Positions 28,835-38,874 of a DNA stretch of 64,000 bases are shown one piece after another. The number at the start of each line of letters is the position of its first letter. Within the stretch, counting starts at the first letter, position 1. The notes under the pieces are model-generated. The model did no database searches and had not been told where the DNA came from. It was given only the letters and a program-made list of their open reading frames with translations. A program made the translations under genes and the position numbers. This DNA is from an uncultured Gemmatimonadales bacterium (GTDB lineage: Bacteria; Gemmatimonadota; Gemmatimonadetes; Gemmatimonadales; Gemmatimonadaceae), in assembly GCA_963701965.1 (NCBI GenBank), contig OY969695.1, forward strand, positions 1,216,001 to 1,280,000, in the 5' to 3' direction.

Positions 28835-30694
28835 ATGATACCAATGTCTCCAACAAGTGGTAGACAGCCAGAGGAACCTGACCAAGAGACCATCGAGCAA
28901 TTGATAGCGCGTCTCGACGTCGACGTAACCCCGCGAGACGAATACGAATTCGAAGCGCCCATCAACACATTCGGCCAAGCAATAGTTCAACGGGGCCAAG
29001 AACCTCCTCCACAGGTGGCAGCGGAAGCAATCGCGTTCCTGTTTCACGCGCATGACTATCAAGAACCCAGCTCTTGGGGCCTTTACTTCGGGCCCTACAT
29101 GTCGGCCGCTACCGCGTCGGGTGAGACCGTAGATAGCCCATCTCTCAAGATGGTGACGGACACTGTACTCGCACATTGGCGCCGGCGAGCCGTCGAGAGC
29201 CTTCATCCAGTTATGAAGGCTCGCTACGCCGACCTTCTTTGGGAGTTGCCCGAGCGTTTGGCAGGCGCGAAGCGCGATGTACGAATGGCGCGCATCGCCG
29301 TCGATTCCTATTTGGATGCCGTGCAGACCCAAAGGTACAAGAGTGGGAGCATGTCGATCGCCAAGGCGCGGCGGTCGTTAAATATTGCTTTGTCTATCAA
29401 TGATCAGGAACGGATCGATCGCGCGAGAGACGTCATGCTCGCCCTGGACGACTACGAAGCGAACGACGGGGCGCTGCCCCTGTCAGGCTTCTGTTTCGAT
29501 ACGTTCGTGGAGCCACCACACCCGCGGATCGTTCTGACGGAAGCTCAGCATGCCAAGCTCGTTGCCAACGTCGAAAGCCGACTGTCGGGATTTGCCAGCC
29601 AGCCCAGTGGTTCCTATCATCCTGCGGACGCTGAGACTGATGCGAAGCGATTGGCGACGCACTATCGGCGACGGGGCCTCTCGACCGACGTGGCGCGCGT
29701 ATTACGTAGTTACGGCGCCATTGTGCAGAAAATGTCGGGCACCGCAGCACCGCTGGTTGTCAACCATTCACTCCACAAGCTCTTCGATCTCTACAAGGCG
29801 TTCAACCTCAATGCGGAGGCTGACGCGCTGAACGAGTCGTTGCGTATTGCTGGCGAGGATGCGGTTAAAGGGCTCAAGGAGATATCCGCCACCGTTCAGA
29901 TTCCGCGAGAACAATGGGAGGCGTACTTCACCGCGATGCTCGCAGGCGATTCGGTCGATGTTCTCGTGCGGATTGCCATGTATTACGTACCGCGTCGATC
30001 GGAGATGGAGGCCGAGCTCCGCCACAACGTGCAGGCCGCACCGTTCACCTATCTCGTGACTATTGACGTGAAGGACGACGATGGACGCACCGTCGCCAAG
30101 GTTGAACCACTGGCCTCTGACCCTGAGGGGCATCTCGTTCGACACATAAGCCAGCATCTGTCGCTTACGTCTATCTTGCTGCGCGAGACAATGAAGCGCG
30201 CGCTCGATGGGCAAATCGCGCCAGAGACCCTGATGGACTTCTTGTTCGGCTGCCACCTTTTTCGAGAAGGACGACGACCGCTTCTCGAAGAAGGAGTTCG
30301 AGCCTACGCGGAAGGGAACAGCTCGGTTGCTATTCACATATTATTGCCACAGATCGAACAGATCGTTCGTCACGCCGCCCAAGCCGTTGGCGCTCATATA
30401 TATGCGCAGCGTCGTGGCGGCGGTTTTCACTCCAGAACACTTGACGACCTGCTCCGAGATCCGGCGATTGCCAACGCACTCACAGACGACGTGGCTCAGT
30501 ACTTCCAGGTACTGCTAACGGATTCACGCGGTTGGAACATTCGGAATCGCGTCTGTCACGGCCTCGCACCTGTGTCGCTTTTTAGAGTGGACGTTGCTGA
30601 TAGGATCGTTCATGCGTTATTAGTGCTGGCACTGCTCCGACCCGTCGATCAATCGACGCCCGAACGCGGTTCCAGGCTAGAGTCTGTGGGCTAG
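28835..30694 (+). CDS. Large helical protein with C-terminal DUF4209-like HEPN motif
   Basis: HPVMKARYADLLWE N-terminal motif; AIHILLPQIE..VR, LTDSRGWNIRNRVCHG (RX4H). Confidence 0.8.
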   Translation: MIPMSPTSGRQPEEPDQETIEQLIARLDVDVTPRDEYEFEAPINTFGQAIVQRGQEPPPQVAAEAIAFLFHAHDYQEPSSWGLYFGPYMSAATASGETVDSPSLKMVTDTVLAHWRRRAVESLHPVMKARYADLLWELPERLAGAKRDVRMARIAVDSYLDAVQTQRYKSGSMSIAKARRSLNIALSINDQERIDRARDVMLALDDYEANDGALPLSGFCFDTFVEPPHPRIVLTEAQHAKLVANVESRLSGFASQPSGSYHPADAETDAKRLATHYRRRGLSTDVARVLRSYGAIVQKMSGTAAPLVVNHSLHKLFDLYKAFNLNAEADALNESLRIAGEDAVKGLKEISATVQIPREQWEAYFTAMLAGDSVDVLVRIAMYYVPRRSEMEAELRHNVQAAPFTYLVTIDVKDDDGRTVAKVEPLASDPEGHLVRHISQHLSLTSILLRETMKRALDGQIAPETLMDFLFGCHLFREGRRPLLEEGVRAYAEGNSSVAIHILLPQIEQIVRHAAQAVGAHIYAQRRGGGFHSRTLDDLLRDPAIANALTDDVAQYFQVLLTDSRGWNIRNRVCHGLAPVSLFRVDVADRIVHALLVLALLRPVDQSTPERGSRLESVG

Positions 30695-31080
30695 CCGCGA
30701 TCGCACGCGCAAATGATTTATTGTTGTCGCTTGCGTAGATGGATCTCACCCACAAGCATCGGCTGACCCGGACTAAACTGCGCCATCACGCCGACGACGG
30801 ACTGCGCGGTGCACAGACTAAGCAGGCGATCCGCACGTCGCAGTAGGCAAAGCTTGACACCCTCTGCGGCAACGTCGAGCGGACGAACCGGCACGATTGT
30901 GCTCGTTAATGTCAGAAGCGTGCACGTTTCTGCACGGCGCGACGTCCAGTCGTGCGTGTTAGGACACGTTTTTGATCGCGCTCCGATCGATGCTCTAGCG
31001 CGCACAACGCACACACAGTAGCGTATCGCAAGCATGCCCTCTCAGCTGGCACGACTTGAACAGATCGTCGGATCGTCCCA

Positions 31081-32478
31081 GGTCAAGTGCAGAATGATGT
31101 GTAAATCGCTTCTGGGTTCTCGGGATGATTACGCGGCTGGCATGCTCGTCTCCGCAGCGGGTGGGGTGGCGACGACACCGACGTAGCGGCGCGTCAGCCA
31201 CTGCTCGTTGCGCTCCGCCGCCAGCGCACTGGCGAGGCGCAGGAAGCTCGCCTCATTCGGGAAGACGCGGATCACCCGCGTCCGGCGCCGCACCTCCGCG
31301 TGATCGTGCTCGATCGCGTTGGTCGTCGCGAGTCGGCGCCGGGCCTCCCGATCCGGGAGCGTACAGACCGCCAGCGTGTCGGGGCCGTCCGTCTCCAGCC
31401 AGTCGGCGAGCCGCGCGTGCGCCGGCCGCAGTTCGGTGACGAGCCGCGCCAGGCGGGCGTGCGCTTCCGCCCCCGTCGCCGCGGTCCACGCGTTCCGCAG
31501 GCCATCGCGCACCCGCTCTTGGAGATCAGCGGAGGAGATGCGATCGCGCGCGTTACGCAGGAAGTGCACCTGACACCGCTGATGCACGGCCTCGGGGAAG
31601 AAGCGCCGGAGCGCCTCGACCAGACCGGCGTGTTCGTCGGAGACGATGTAGCGAACACCGCGGAGGCCACGCTGGACGAGGTCCTCGCACACGCGCCGCC
31701 ACGCCGTCCCACTCTCGCTGGCGCCGAGCCAGAGCCCGAGGTGTTCACGATAGCCGTCGGCGCCGACGCCGATCACCCACAGCGCGGCCGTGCTCCGCAC
31801 CTGGCCCTCGCGCCGCACGCGCTCGACGTGCGCGTCCACAATCAGGTACGGGTACGCCTTCGCGCCGAGCGGCCGCTGGCGCCAGGCCGCCAGCCCGGCC
31901 TCCAGCGTCTTCGTGAGCGCCGACACCTCCGACGCCGAGATCGTCGCCCCGCACAGCTGCTCCACCACGGCGCTGACCTTCCGGGTCGAGATCCCTTGCA
32001 GGTACATCTCGATCAGGGCGAGGACGAGGGCCTGTTCACTGCGTTGGTAGCGCGCGAACAGCGACGGCTGGAACTGGCCGGCGCGGTCCCGGGGGACGCG
32101 GAGCGTGAGGGCGCCAACGCGCGTCAGCAGCGTGCGGCGCCGGTAGCCGTTGCGGACGCCGCGGCGCTCGGCGGTCCGCGCGAACTTGGCGGCCCCGAGG
32201 AACTGGGCGAACTCCCGCTCGAGGGTGTCGTGGATCAACTGGCCGAGCATGGCGCGGAGGGCGTCTTCCGGGGTGGATTGTGCGAGGGGCAGGACGGTAG
32301 CATTCTTGAACGGACTGGTCATCGGCTATCCTCTGGGCATCGCGGCGTTCGCGCGCCGCTGGTTGCGCTTGACACCCAGAAAGGATGGACGGTGGCCAGT
32401 TCGCGTTCGAGTGGCTCCCAATGAGCTCAGCTCAGCCGACCCTCCGTCCCGATTCTACACAAATCTCTGCACACTCCC
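31081..32478 (-). mobile_element. IS256-family insertion sequence
   Basis: Imperfect terminal IRs (GTGCAGA..TGTGTA.AATC); 8 bp TSD TCGTCCCA at 31073-31080 and 32479-32486. Confidence 0.93.
31129..32322 (-). CDS. IS256 transposase
   Basis: RNGYRRR, VPRDR.G.F, MYLQGISTRKV, YLIVDA, SDEHAGL, QRCQVHFLRN, TTNAIE. Confidence 0.95.
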   Translation of the reverse strand: MTSPFKNATVLPLAQSTPEDALRAMLGQLIHDTLEREFAQFLGAAKFARTAERRGVRNGYRRRTLLTRVGALTLRVPRDRAGQFQPSLFARYQRSEQALVLALIEMYLQGISTRKVSAVVEQLCGATISASEVSALTKTLEAGLAAWRQRPLGAKAYPYLIVDAHVERVRREGQVRSTAALWVIGVGADGYREHLGLWLGASESGTAWRRVCEDLVQRGLRGVRYIVSDEHAGLVEALRRFFPEAVHQRCQVHFLRNARDRISSADLQERVRDGLRNAWTAATGAEAHARLARLVTELRPAHARLADWLETDGPDTLAVCTLPDREARRRLATTNAIEHDHAEVRRRTRVIRVFPNEASFLRLASALAAERNEQWLTRRYVGVVATPPAAETSMPAA

Positions 32479-32825
32479 TCGTCCCAAAGTGCTATCACGA
32501 GCATCCGACAACGAAGTGCGCTAAATCCTGCTCTTTATTTGTGTGGTATTGTTTCGATTCCAGCCTGGGGGTTAGCTGTATTCGCGCCCCAGGCAATACC
32601 TGTCGCGGTACGGGTCTCCCTGCTGGCACTTGGTGCACTGCCAGTCGTGCTTATCATCGGCGCATTTCTGTACTTTATGTTCAATGATCGCGATCGCCTT
32701 CAAAGTGAGGAGTTCGTGATCAAGAAATCAGAATTGGAGTACATTCACCGCAAAGGCGAACAAGGGGGATACCCCGCAGCACGCGTGAACCTGATTACGA
32801 ATCCTGACGCCAAGGACACGGCGAC

Positions 32826-33170
32826 ATGACGAAGATAGTATCCCGGCCGCTATTGATTTCGTTTGCAAGTGACTTCGCAGCGGACGAACAGTTGCGGAAG
32901 GTAGTCGACGGTCTGTCAGAGATCCTCTCCTGGTATCAGTGTCTCCCCGGCCAGCTCTTTGTAGTGAGCACTACGACTGCACTCGACTTAGCGGAGACCA
33001 TAGAGATCCTTTTCAAGCAGAATGGGATGCGACACATGTTCTACGTGGCCGAACTAAACCCAATTGCCATTCAGGGAAGATTGCCCAACGACGCCTGGGC
33101 AGTCATCACGCAAGCCCAGGCGTGGCTCGAGTTGAATCCTTCCCCTGAACGGACACCGAGTACTCAGTGA
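32826..33170 (+). CDS. Small ferredoxin-fold-like protein (resembles 'SinR-like'/Cas2-VapD-like hypotheticals)
   Basis: ATGA overlap with the 2TM gene; LLISF, SWYQCLPGQLFVVSTTTALDL, FYVAEL, QGRLPNDAW. Confidence 0.65.
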   Translation: MTKIVSRPLLISFASDFAADEQLRKVVDGLSEILSWYQCLPGQLFVVSTTTALDLAETIEILFKQNGMRHMFYVAELNPIAIQGRLPNDAWAVITQAQAWLELNPSPERTPSTQ

Positions 33171-33410
33171 GCGACGACGCTGTGCTTCGAACTTGCTGCG
33201 CTCGATTCGTGGTCTGGCAGGAGCATGCAATGATTTCGATGCATTTCAATGGCCTCTCAATGCACTTGCGAACCCAGTCGTTCGGAGGCGTCGCGGCACA
33301 GGGGAAGAGAGAAGGCCCACTAACTCGCCGCTTTTGTTCGCAGGCACGTTCCTTTGGAAAGCTGTTCATTGCAGTGGATGGTTCTAGATCACCGGAATTA
33401 GGAGTGCACC

Positions 33411-33752
33411 ATGGCGTCTGCCAGACTAACAATCTCCGCGTACCGTCTACGAGAAAGCGTTCCGAGAGAATCTGCGGGCCCGTCGACTATCTCTGTAATC
33501 GACACTCAGATGAGAACGGCTCTGCCGTTGACCAATGTTGCGTTATCCTCGCCAGGCGCTTACGCGATCGAAGTATTGTTCGAACCACTTGACACGGAAA
33601 TGCCAACGAGAAACACGTCGGGGGCGCAGGGCTTCACCGCTGAGATGGTAGCTCAGATTCGCCGAGCTGCCAAAGACACGCTGAGCACAGATCTCACGAA
33701 GAAGCGCTTTCACGAACTGGATGCAATCGCTAACCTCATGGAGCGCGTCTAG
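33411..33752 (+). CDS. Hypothetical protein
   Basis: TAGGAG RBS before ATG; 113 aa ORF. Confidence 0.55.
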   Translation: MASARLTISAYRLRESVPRESAGPSTISVIDTQMRTALPLTNVALSSPGAYAIEVLFEPLDTEMPTRNTSGAQGFTAEMVAQIRRAAKDTLSTDLTKKRFHELDAIANLMERV

Positions 33753-34957
33753 ATAAAGGGTGAACCCTCCGAGACTTGTTACATCGCAATCTGCGGCGAG
33801 GGTTCTGATTTGCCATGGGGCATTCGTCCCGCGTCTTCTCGAGATTGACGCGTCCGGTGCAGACCTGCCGGGCACGCGCGAACAGTTTAACCCACAAGAC
33901 CGATTCATGACGACTGTTGTAGAGCAGCGCGGCAAGCGCTGTCATTTCTCGAGGCAAGTCAAGGTTCGATCGCCTGATAACTCTACGACGCACTCTAAAA
34001 TGACCGAGGTTGTTGGGCGATATTGGTCTCACGGTTGATCGGCAACCTCCCGACCTCGCGTCACCCGATCTACGACGGATTCAGCGCGTTGTCACAATGA
34101 AGCGCATCGCCATGCTGGAGATCGGAGGTCACACGTTTAGCGAAACCCGAGGCACCAAGGCTAGCGTGAGCCATGTTCGTCTATTCTCTCGGCGCCATCT
34201 CAGTACCTCGGCGATTGACATGATTTAATGATGACGCACATCGTCGCCTTTCTTGATCACAACTGGGTCGGCACCGTCGTCGGTATCGCCAGCTGGATAT
34301 TGGCTTACCTCTTTTACTCCAAGAGCAAAGCTTTCACCCGCCTGTCGTTTAAGACCGATTGTACGTTCTTGCTTGGCGGGCTTCAGAGCACTCTCCCATC
34401 CAATGTATGCGTCATGGTCGGAGGAGTCTCCGTCCCAATGTTGGCGAGGGCAACACTGTTTCTCTGGAATTCCGGCAAAACGACAATCAGGGGAACAGAT
34501 ATCGTTGCAAGCGACCCATTACTGATCCGATGCGCGAATGACGGTCGTATAATCGACTGCCGCATAGTCCGCAGCACCCGCACGGCGAATGCATTCGAGA
34601 CCTCGGTCGACACTGTGGCTCCTAATTCCATCCGCTGCAGCTTTGACTACCTCGATCCCGGCGATGGTGTCGCAGTAGAGTTGCTTCACACCGCGCAGGT
34701 CGTGCGGCCCGACATCCGCGGAAGCATTCGAGGATTGGGGCAGGGCCTAAGCAATTGGGGTGAAATGCCCTTTCGTTTGCTAAAGCCATCACAGCTCAGG
34801 CACATCAGGAATCCCCTGGTTCGTATTCGTCTCAAGCTGACGGACAATGTTAGACTATTGGTCACCATCCTTTGGACTATGGCTGCGATCATACTGCTTA
34901 CGGGTCTCCTTCCCGACGCAGTCCTCTATCTATTCCCAAGTCTCGCCAGAGAAGGGT

Positions 34958-36415
34958 GGATTCAATCGGTCGTCGCAACACCTAGCAGAGGGGTTGCGAT
35001 GTCGACGAAAAGACAGCGGTCTTCAGGTCGAGCCGGGCGAGTCGTCGTGTTGCGCTCACCGGGCCGGCCCTCGGTGGCACAGCGGGACGAGCGGCGACGA
35101 TTCTGGGTCGCGATCGCAGTGGGGTGCTCCAGTGATGACGCCGCGATCGCCGTCGGAGTGTCGCCCGCTGTGGGCAGACGATGGTTCCGGGAGACTGGCG
35201 GGATGCCCCCATCACACCTTGCGCCGTCATCGCCACCCCGGTCCGGGCGGTACCTGTCGATCGCGGAGCGCGAGGAACTGGCGATCCTGCGCACGCACGG
35301 GCACGGCGTGCGCGAGATCGCCCGTCGCTTGACACGCGCGCCGTCGACGATCTCGCGCGAGGTGCGACGGAATGCCGCGACGCGTGGCCGTGGGTTCGCC
35401 TATCGGGCCACGACGGCGCAGTGGTACGCCGACCGAGCCGCTCGTCGTCCGAGGTCGCCCCGACTGGCGGTCCATGCGGCGCTCCGCACGTATGTGGAAG
35501 ACCGTCTGGCCGGTGTGGTCGTCGCGCCTGACGGCGCCGCCGTCCCCGGTCCCGTCGTGGCGTGGAAGGGTCGTCGGCACGGGCCCCGGCAGCACCGGCG
35601 GTGGGCGTCGGCGTGGAGTCCGGAACAAATTGCGCATCGCCTGCGACTCGACTTTCCCACGGACCCCTCCATGCACATCAGCCACGAGGCCATCTACCAG
35701 GCGCTGTACGTGCAGGGCCGGGGCGCCCGGCGCCGTGAGTTGACCGCGTGCCTGCGGACGGGGCGGGCCCTGCGCGTGCCGCGGGCGCGCAGCCGCGGGC
35801 AGGGCAAGGCCTTTGTCACGCCGGACCTCACGATCACCGCGCGCCCGCCGGAGGCGGCCGACCGCGCGGTGCCGGGCCATTGGGAGGGCGACCTGATCCT
35901 GGGCGTGGGCAGTTCGGCGATCGGCACCTTGGTGGAGCGCACGACGCGGTTCACGCTCTTGCTGCACCTGCCGCCTATGGCGGGCCATGGCCTCGGCGCT
36001 CGCGAGAAGAACGGGCCTGCCCTCGCCGGGCATGGCGCCGAGGCGGTCTGCGACGCGATCACGCGCACGATCGCCACCTTACCCGAGCAGCTCCGACGCT
36101 CGCTGACGTGGGATCAAGGGGCGGAGATGTCGCAGCACGCCCGCCTGCGCATCGACGCCGGCCTGCGCGTCTACTTCTGCGACCCCCACAGTCCGTGGCA
36201 GCGCGGCACGAACGAGAACACCAACGGCTTGTTGCGACAGTACTTACCGAAGGGCAGGGACCTGAGCCTGCACAGCGCGACCGACGTGGAAGCCGTGGCC
36301 CTCAACCTCAACACCAGGCCTCGGAAGACCCTCGGTTGGAGAACACCAGCCGAGGCGCTGGATCAGCTCCTACGTTCCACACATTCAGCCACTGTTGCGA
36401 CGACCAGTTGAATCC
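34958..36415 (+). mobile_element. IS30-family insertion sequence
   Basis: IRs GGATTCAATCGGTCGTCGCAACA (34958-34980) and TGTTGCGACGACCAGTTGAATCC (36393-36415), 21/23 match. Confidence 0.92.
34999..36411 (+). CDS. IS30 transposase
   Basis: RYLSIAERE, RAPSTISREVRRN, WSPEQIA, ISHEAIY, GHWEGDL, LTWDQGAEM, PWQRGTNENTNGLLRQY. Confidence 0.95.
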   Translation: MSTKRQRSSGRAGRVVVLRSPGRPSVAQRDERRRFWVAIAVGCSSDDAAIAVGVSPAVGRRWFRETGGMPPSHLAPSSPPRSGRYLSIAEREELAILRTHGHGVREIARRLTRAPSTISREVRRNAATRGRGFAYRATTAQWYADRAARRPRSPRLAVHAALRTYVEDRLAGVVVAPDGAAVPGPVVAWKGRRHGPRQHRRWASAWSPEQIAHRLRLDFPTDPSMHISHEAIYQALYVQGRGARRRELTACLRTGRALRVPRARSRGQGKAFVTPDLTITARPPEAADRAVPGHWEGDLILGVGSSAIGTLVERTTRFTLLLHLPPMAGHGLGAREKNGPALAGHGAEAVCDAITRTIATLPEQLRRSLTWDQGAEMSQHARLRIDAGLRVYFCDPHSPWQRGTNENTNGLLRQYLPKGRDLSLHSATDVEAVALNLNTRPRKTLGWRTPAEALDQLLRSTHSATVATTS

Positions 36416-36739
36416 GGGCAGTACGCGGGGCACACCTACCAGGCGCAGCTCGCGACGCACGGGGTCGTGTGCAGTATGAGCAAGAAGGGTGACTGTTGGG
36501 ACAACGCGGTCGCCGAGTCGTTCTTCGCGACGTTGAAGACGGAGTTAGTCGCGAGCGCGGACTGGCCGACGCGCGAAGCGGCGCGAGCGGCGGTGTTCGA
36601 GTACGTGGAGATCTGGTACAATCGACGCCGCTTGCACTCGTCGTTGGGCTATGTGACACCCATGGCGTATGAACTCATGCAAGCAACGAAGAACAGCAAA
36701 GCGGCCTAACTCACCTGTCCACGAATCGGGTCAGGTCCA
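36416..36739 (+). mobile_element. IS3-family 3' fragment with right end
   Basis: QYA...SMSKKGDCWDNAVAESFFATLKTE...WYNRRRLHSSLGYVTP; ends CTGTCCACGAATCGGGTCAGGTCCA. Confidence 0.88.
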
Positions 36740-37332
36740 AGTCACGTGTTGACCGCGGGTCATGTGAACTGGTGGCTGACGTTTTTTGGCGTATTGATCG
36801 TGCTACCAGGGTTGCCGTTTCATAAAGAGATCCGACGGACTGTTCCGCGGAATCTCTCAGACGAAATGTCTTTGTTGAACCACCCTTGTAAGGCACAGAC
36901 AGTTCGGCGGGGCGCAACACTCACCGGATCTTACGGCCTCACTTGGCCGGGCAACGTTCCCTTTCCTTAGGACGGGTCCGGCAACGACTCCGGTACACGC
37001 GTTCTCGGCGGATCCCAACGTCGCCATTGAGCAGATGGCACAGCGGATCGTTGCAGGCTTGAATCCGGATATGGTCGTCCTTTTCGGGTCGTACGCGCGC
37101 GGTAACGCGCGAGCTGATAGCGATGTCGATTTGCTCGTCGTGATGTCCTTCACAGGCTCAGCTCGGGCAGCAGCCACGTGTGTCTACGGTACAATCATGA
37201 GCGGACCTTCCCCGTTGACACCTCGGTGGACAGTCAAAACCGGCCACTGATCGACGGCTGAAAACCGGCCACCAGCCGGGGGGACGTCCGAGGCGTTGAC
37301 GCCGAGGCGGCGGGCATTGTCCCTCCGCCGGC

Positions 37333-38874
37333 ATGAGCAACGTCTTGAAGGCTGACATCCAACAGCAGATCGTGGCGTTGGGGCGACTGGGGTGGTCGCT
37401 CCGGCGGATCGAACAGGCGACCGGCGTGCGCCGGGAGACGGCGAGCGCGTATCTCAAGGCGGCGGGCATTCCGGTGCGGGGGCGCGGCGGCCGGCCGCGC
37501 GCGTGGCCGCCGGCAAATCCGGCCACCACACCGGTGGTGTCCACCGACTCGACGGCGCCGACCGCGTCGCGGCGGGCGAGTGCGTGCGAGCCGTACCGCG
37601 AGCAGATCGTGGCCGGGGTGGCGCAGGGCCGCAACGCCATGGCGATCTGGCAAGACCTGGTCGACACGCACGGCTTCGCGGCCCGCTACGCGAGTGTCCG
37701 CCGGTTCATCCGGACGCTCCACGATCCGGCGGCCGTCGAGGCGCGCGTGGTGATCACGACCGCCCCGGGCGACGAGGCGCAGGTCGATTACGGCGAGGGG
37801 CCAATGGTGCGCGACCCCGCCACGGGGAAGTACCGGCGCGTCCGGCTCTTCGTCCTGACGCTCGGCTACTCGCGGAAGTCGGTCCGGCTCCTCGTCTGGC
37901 GGTCGAGCACCCAGGTCTGGGCCGAGCTGCATGAGCGCGCCTTTCACCGGCTGGGCGGGACCGTCCGGGTCGTGGTGCTCGATAACCTGCGCGAAGGCGT
38001 CCTCACGCCCGACGTCTACGACCCGACGCTCAATCCGCTCTATCGCAATGTCTTGGCCCACTACCACGTCGTCGCCTTGCCGTGTCGCGTGCGGGATCCG
38101 GATCGCAAAGGCAAAGTGGAATCGGGCGTCGGCCACACGCAGCGGACGCCGCTCAAGGGCCTCCGCTTCGAGTCACTGGAGGCGGCGCAGACGTATCTCG
38201 ATCAGTGGGAGACGCGCTGGGCCGATACGCGCATCCACGGCACGACCAAGCGGCAGGTCGCGGCAATGTTCGCCGAGGAACAGCCCACGCTCGGGCCGCT
38301 CCCGCTCGAACCCTTCCGCTACTACCGCTACGGCACCCGTACCGTGCATCTCGATGGGTGCGTCGAAGTCGAGGCGGCGTACTACAGTGCTCCACCCGGC
38401 TGGATCGGCCAGCGCGTGCAGGTCCAGTGGAACGATCTCTGGGTGCGCCTCCTCGCCCCCGACACGGGGCAACTCCTCCGGGAGCATCGGCGGACGGCCC
38501 GCGGCCGGCATCGGGTGCACGACACCGATCGGCCCGCCCGGACGCCGCTGACGACCGTCGCCCTGCTCGCGCGGACCCAGCGCGCCGGCCCCCACATCGG
38601 GACCCTGTGCGACACGATCCATCGCCACGACGGCGCGCTCGCTGTCCGCCGCATCCTCGGGGTCCTCGCCCTCGCCAAGCGCTACGGCCCGGCCGTCGTC
38701 GACGCGGCCGCGCACGCCGCCCTCGAGCTGGGCGTGCCCACCTATCGCTTCCTCCGCCGCTACCTCGAGCACCGCGTCCCCGTCCCCCTCACGCTCCGCC
38801 AAGTCGATCCCCTCATCCGGCAACTCACCCTCTACCGCGACCTCATCGATCGCACGCTCGGAGATCCCCCATGA
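37333..38874 (+). CDS. istA: IS21 transposase
   Basis: TAPGDEAQVDYG, LGYSRK, VLDNLREGV, DRKGKVESGV, RIHGTT. Confidence 0.95.
   Translation: MSNVLKADIQQQIVALGRLGWSLRRIEQATGVRRETASAYLKAAGIPVRGRGGRPRAWPPANPATTPVVSTDSTAPTASRRASACEPYREQIVAGVAQGRNAMAIWQDLVDTHGFAARYASVRRFIRTLHDPAAVEARVVITTAPGDEAQVDYGEGPMVRDPATGKYRRVRLFVLTLGYSRKSVRLLVWRSSTQVWAELHERAFHRLGGTVRVVVLDNLREGVLTPDVYDPTLNPLYRNVLAHYHVVALPCRVRDPDRKGKVESGVGHTQRTPLKGLRFESLEAAQTYLDQWETRWADTRIHGTTKRQVAAMFAEEQPTLGPLPLEPFRYYRYGTRTVHLDGCVEVEAAYYSAPPGWIGQRVQVQWNDLWVRLLAPDTGQLLREHRRTARGRHRVHDTDRPARTPLTTVALLARTQRAGPHIGTLCDTIHRHDGALAVRRILGVLALAKRYGPAVVDAAAHAALELGVPTYRFLRRYLEHRVPVPLTLRQVDPLIRQLTLYRDLIDRTLGDPP

Larger units (their letters stand above)
31034..32829 (+). 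pseudogene. Two-TM protein interrupted at codon 16 by IS256
   Basis: Removing the IS and one TSD joins MPSQLARLEQIVGSS in frame to QSAITSIRQRSALNPALYLCG...FMFNDRDRLQSEEF. Confidence 0.8.
34228..36970 (+). pseudogene. Membrane protein (TM, beta-rich domain, TM pair) split by an IS30/IS3 insertion
   Basis: N-terminal part 34228-34956 (LWNSGKTTIRGTDI, FDYLDPGDG); removing 34957-36739 joins it in frame to SHVLTAGHVNWWLTFFGVLIVLP...RRTVPRNL. Confidence 0.65.

Noticed and set aside
32826..33170. Bona fide cas2
   Set aside because: No cas1 or array nearby; only a fold-level resemblance is inferred
33760..34220. Short ORFs in island intergenic stretches (also 30718-31035, 33167-33400)
   Set aside because: No RBS or recognisable motif; cannot support coding status
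34228..36411. 727 aa ORF as a genuine evolved fusion protein
   Set aside because: The junction coincides with the IS30 left IR, so it is an insertion product
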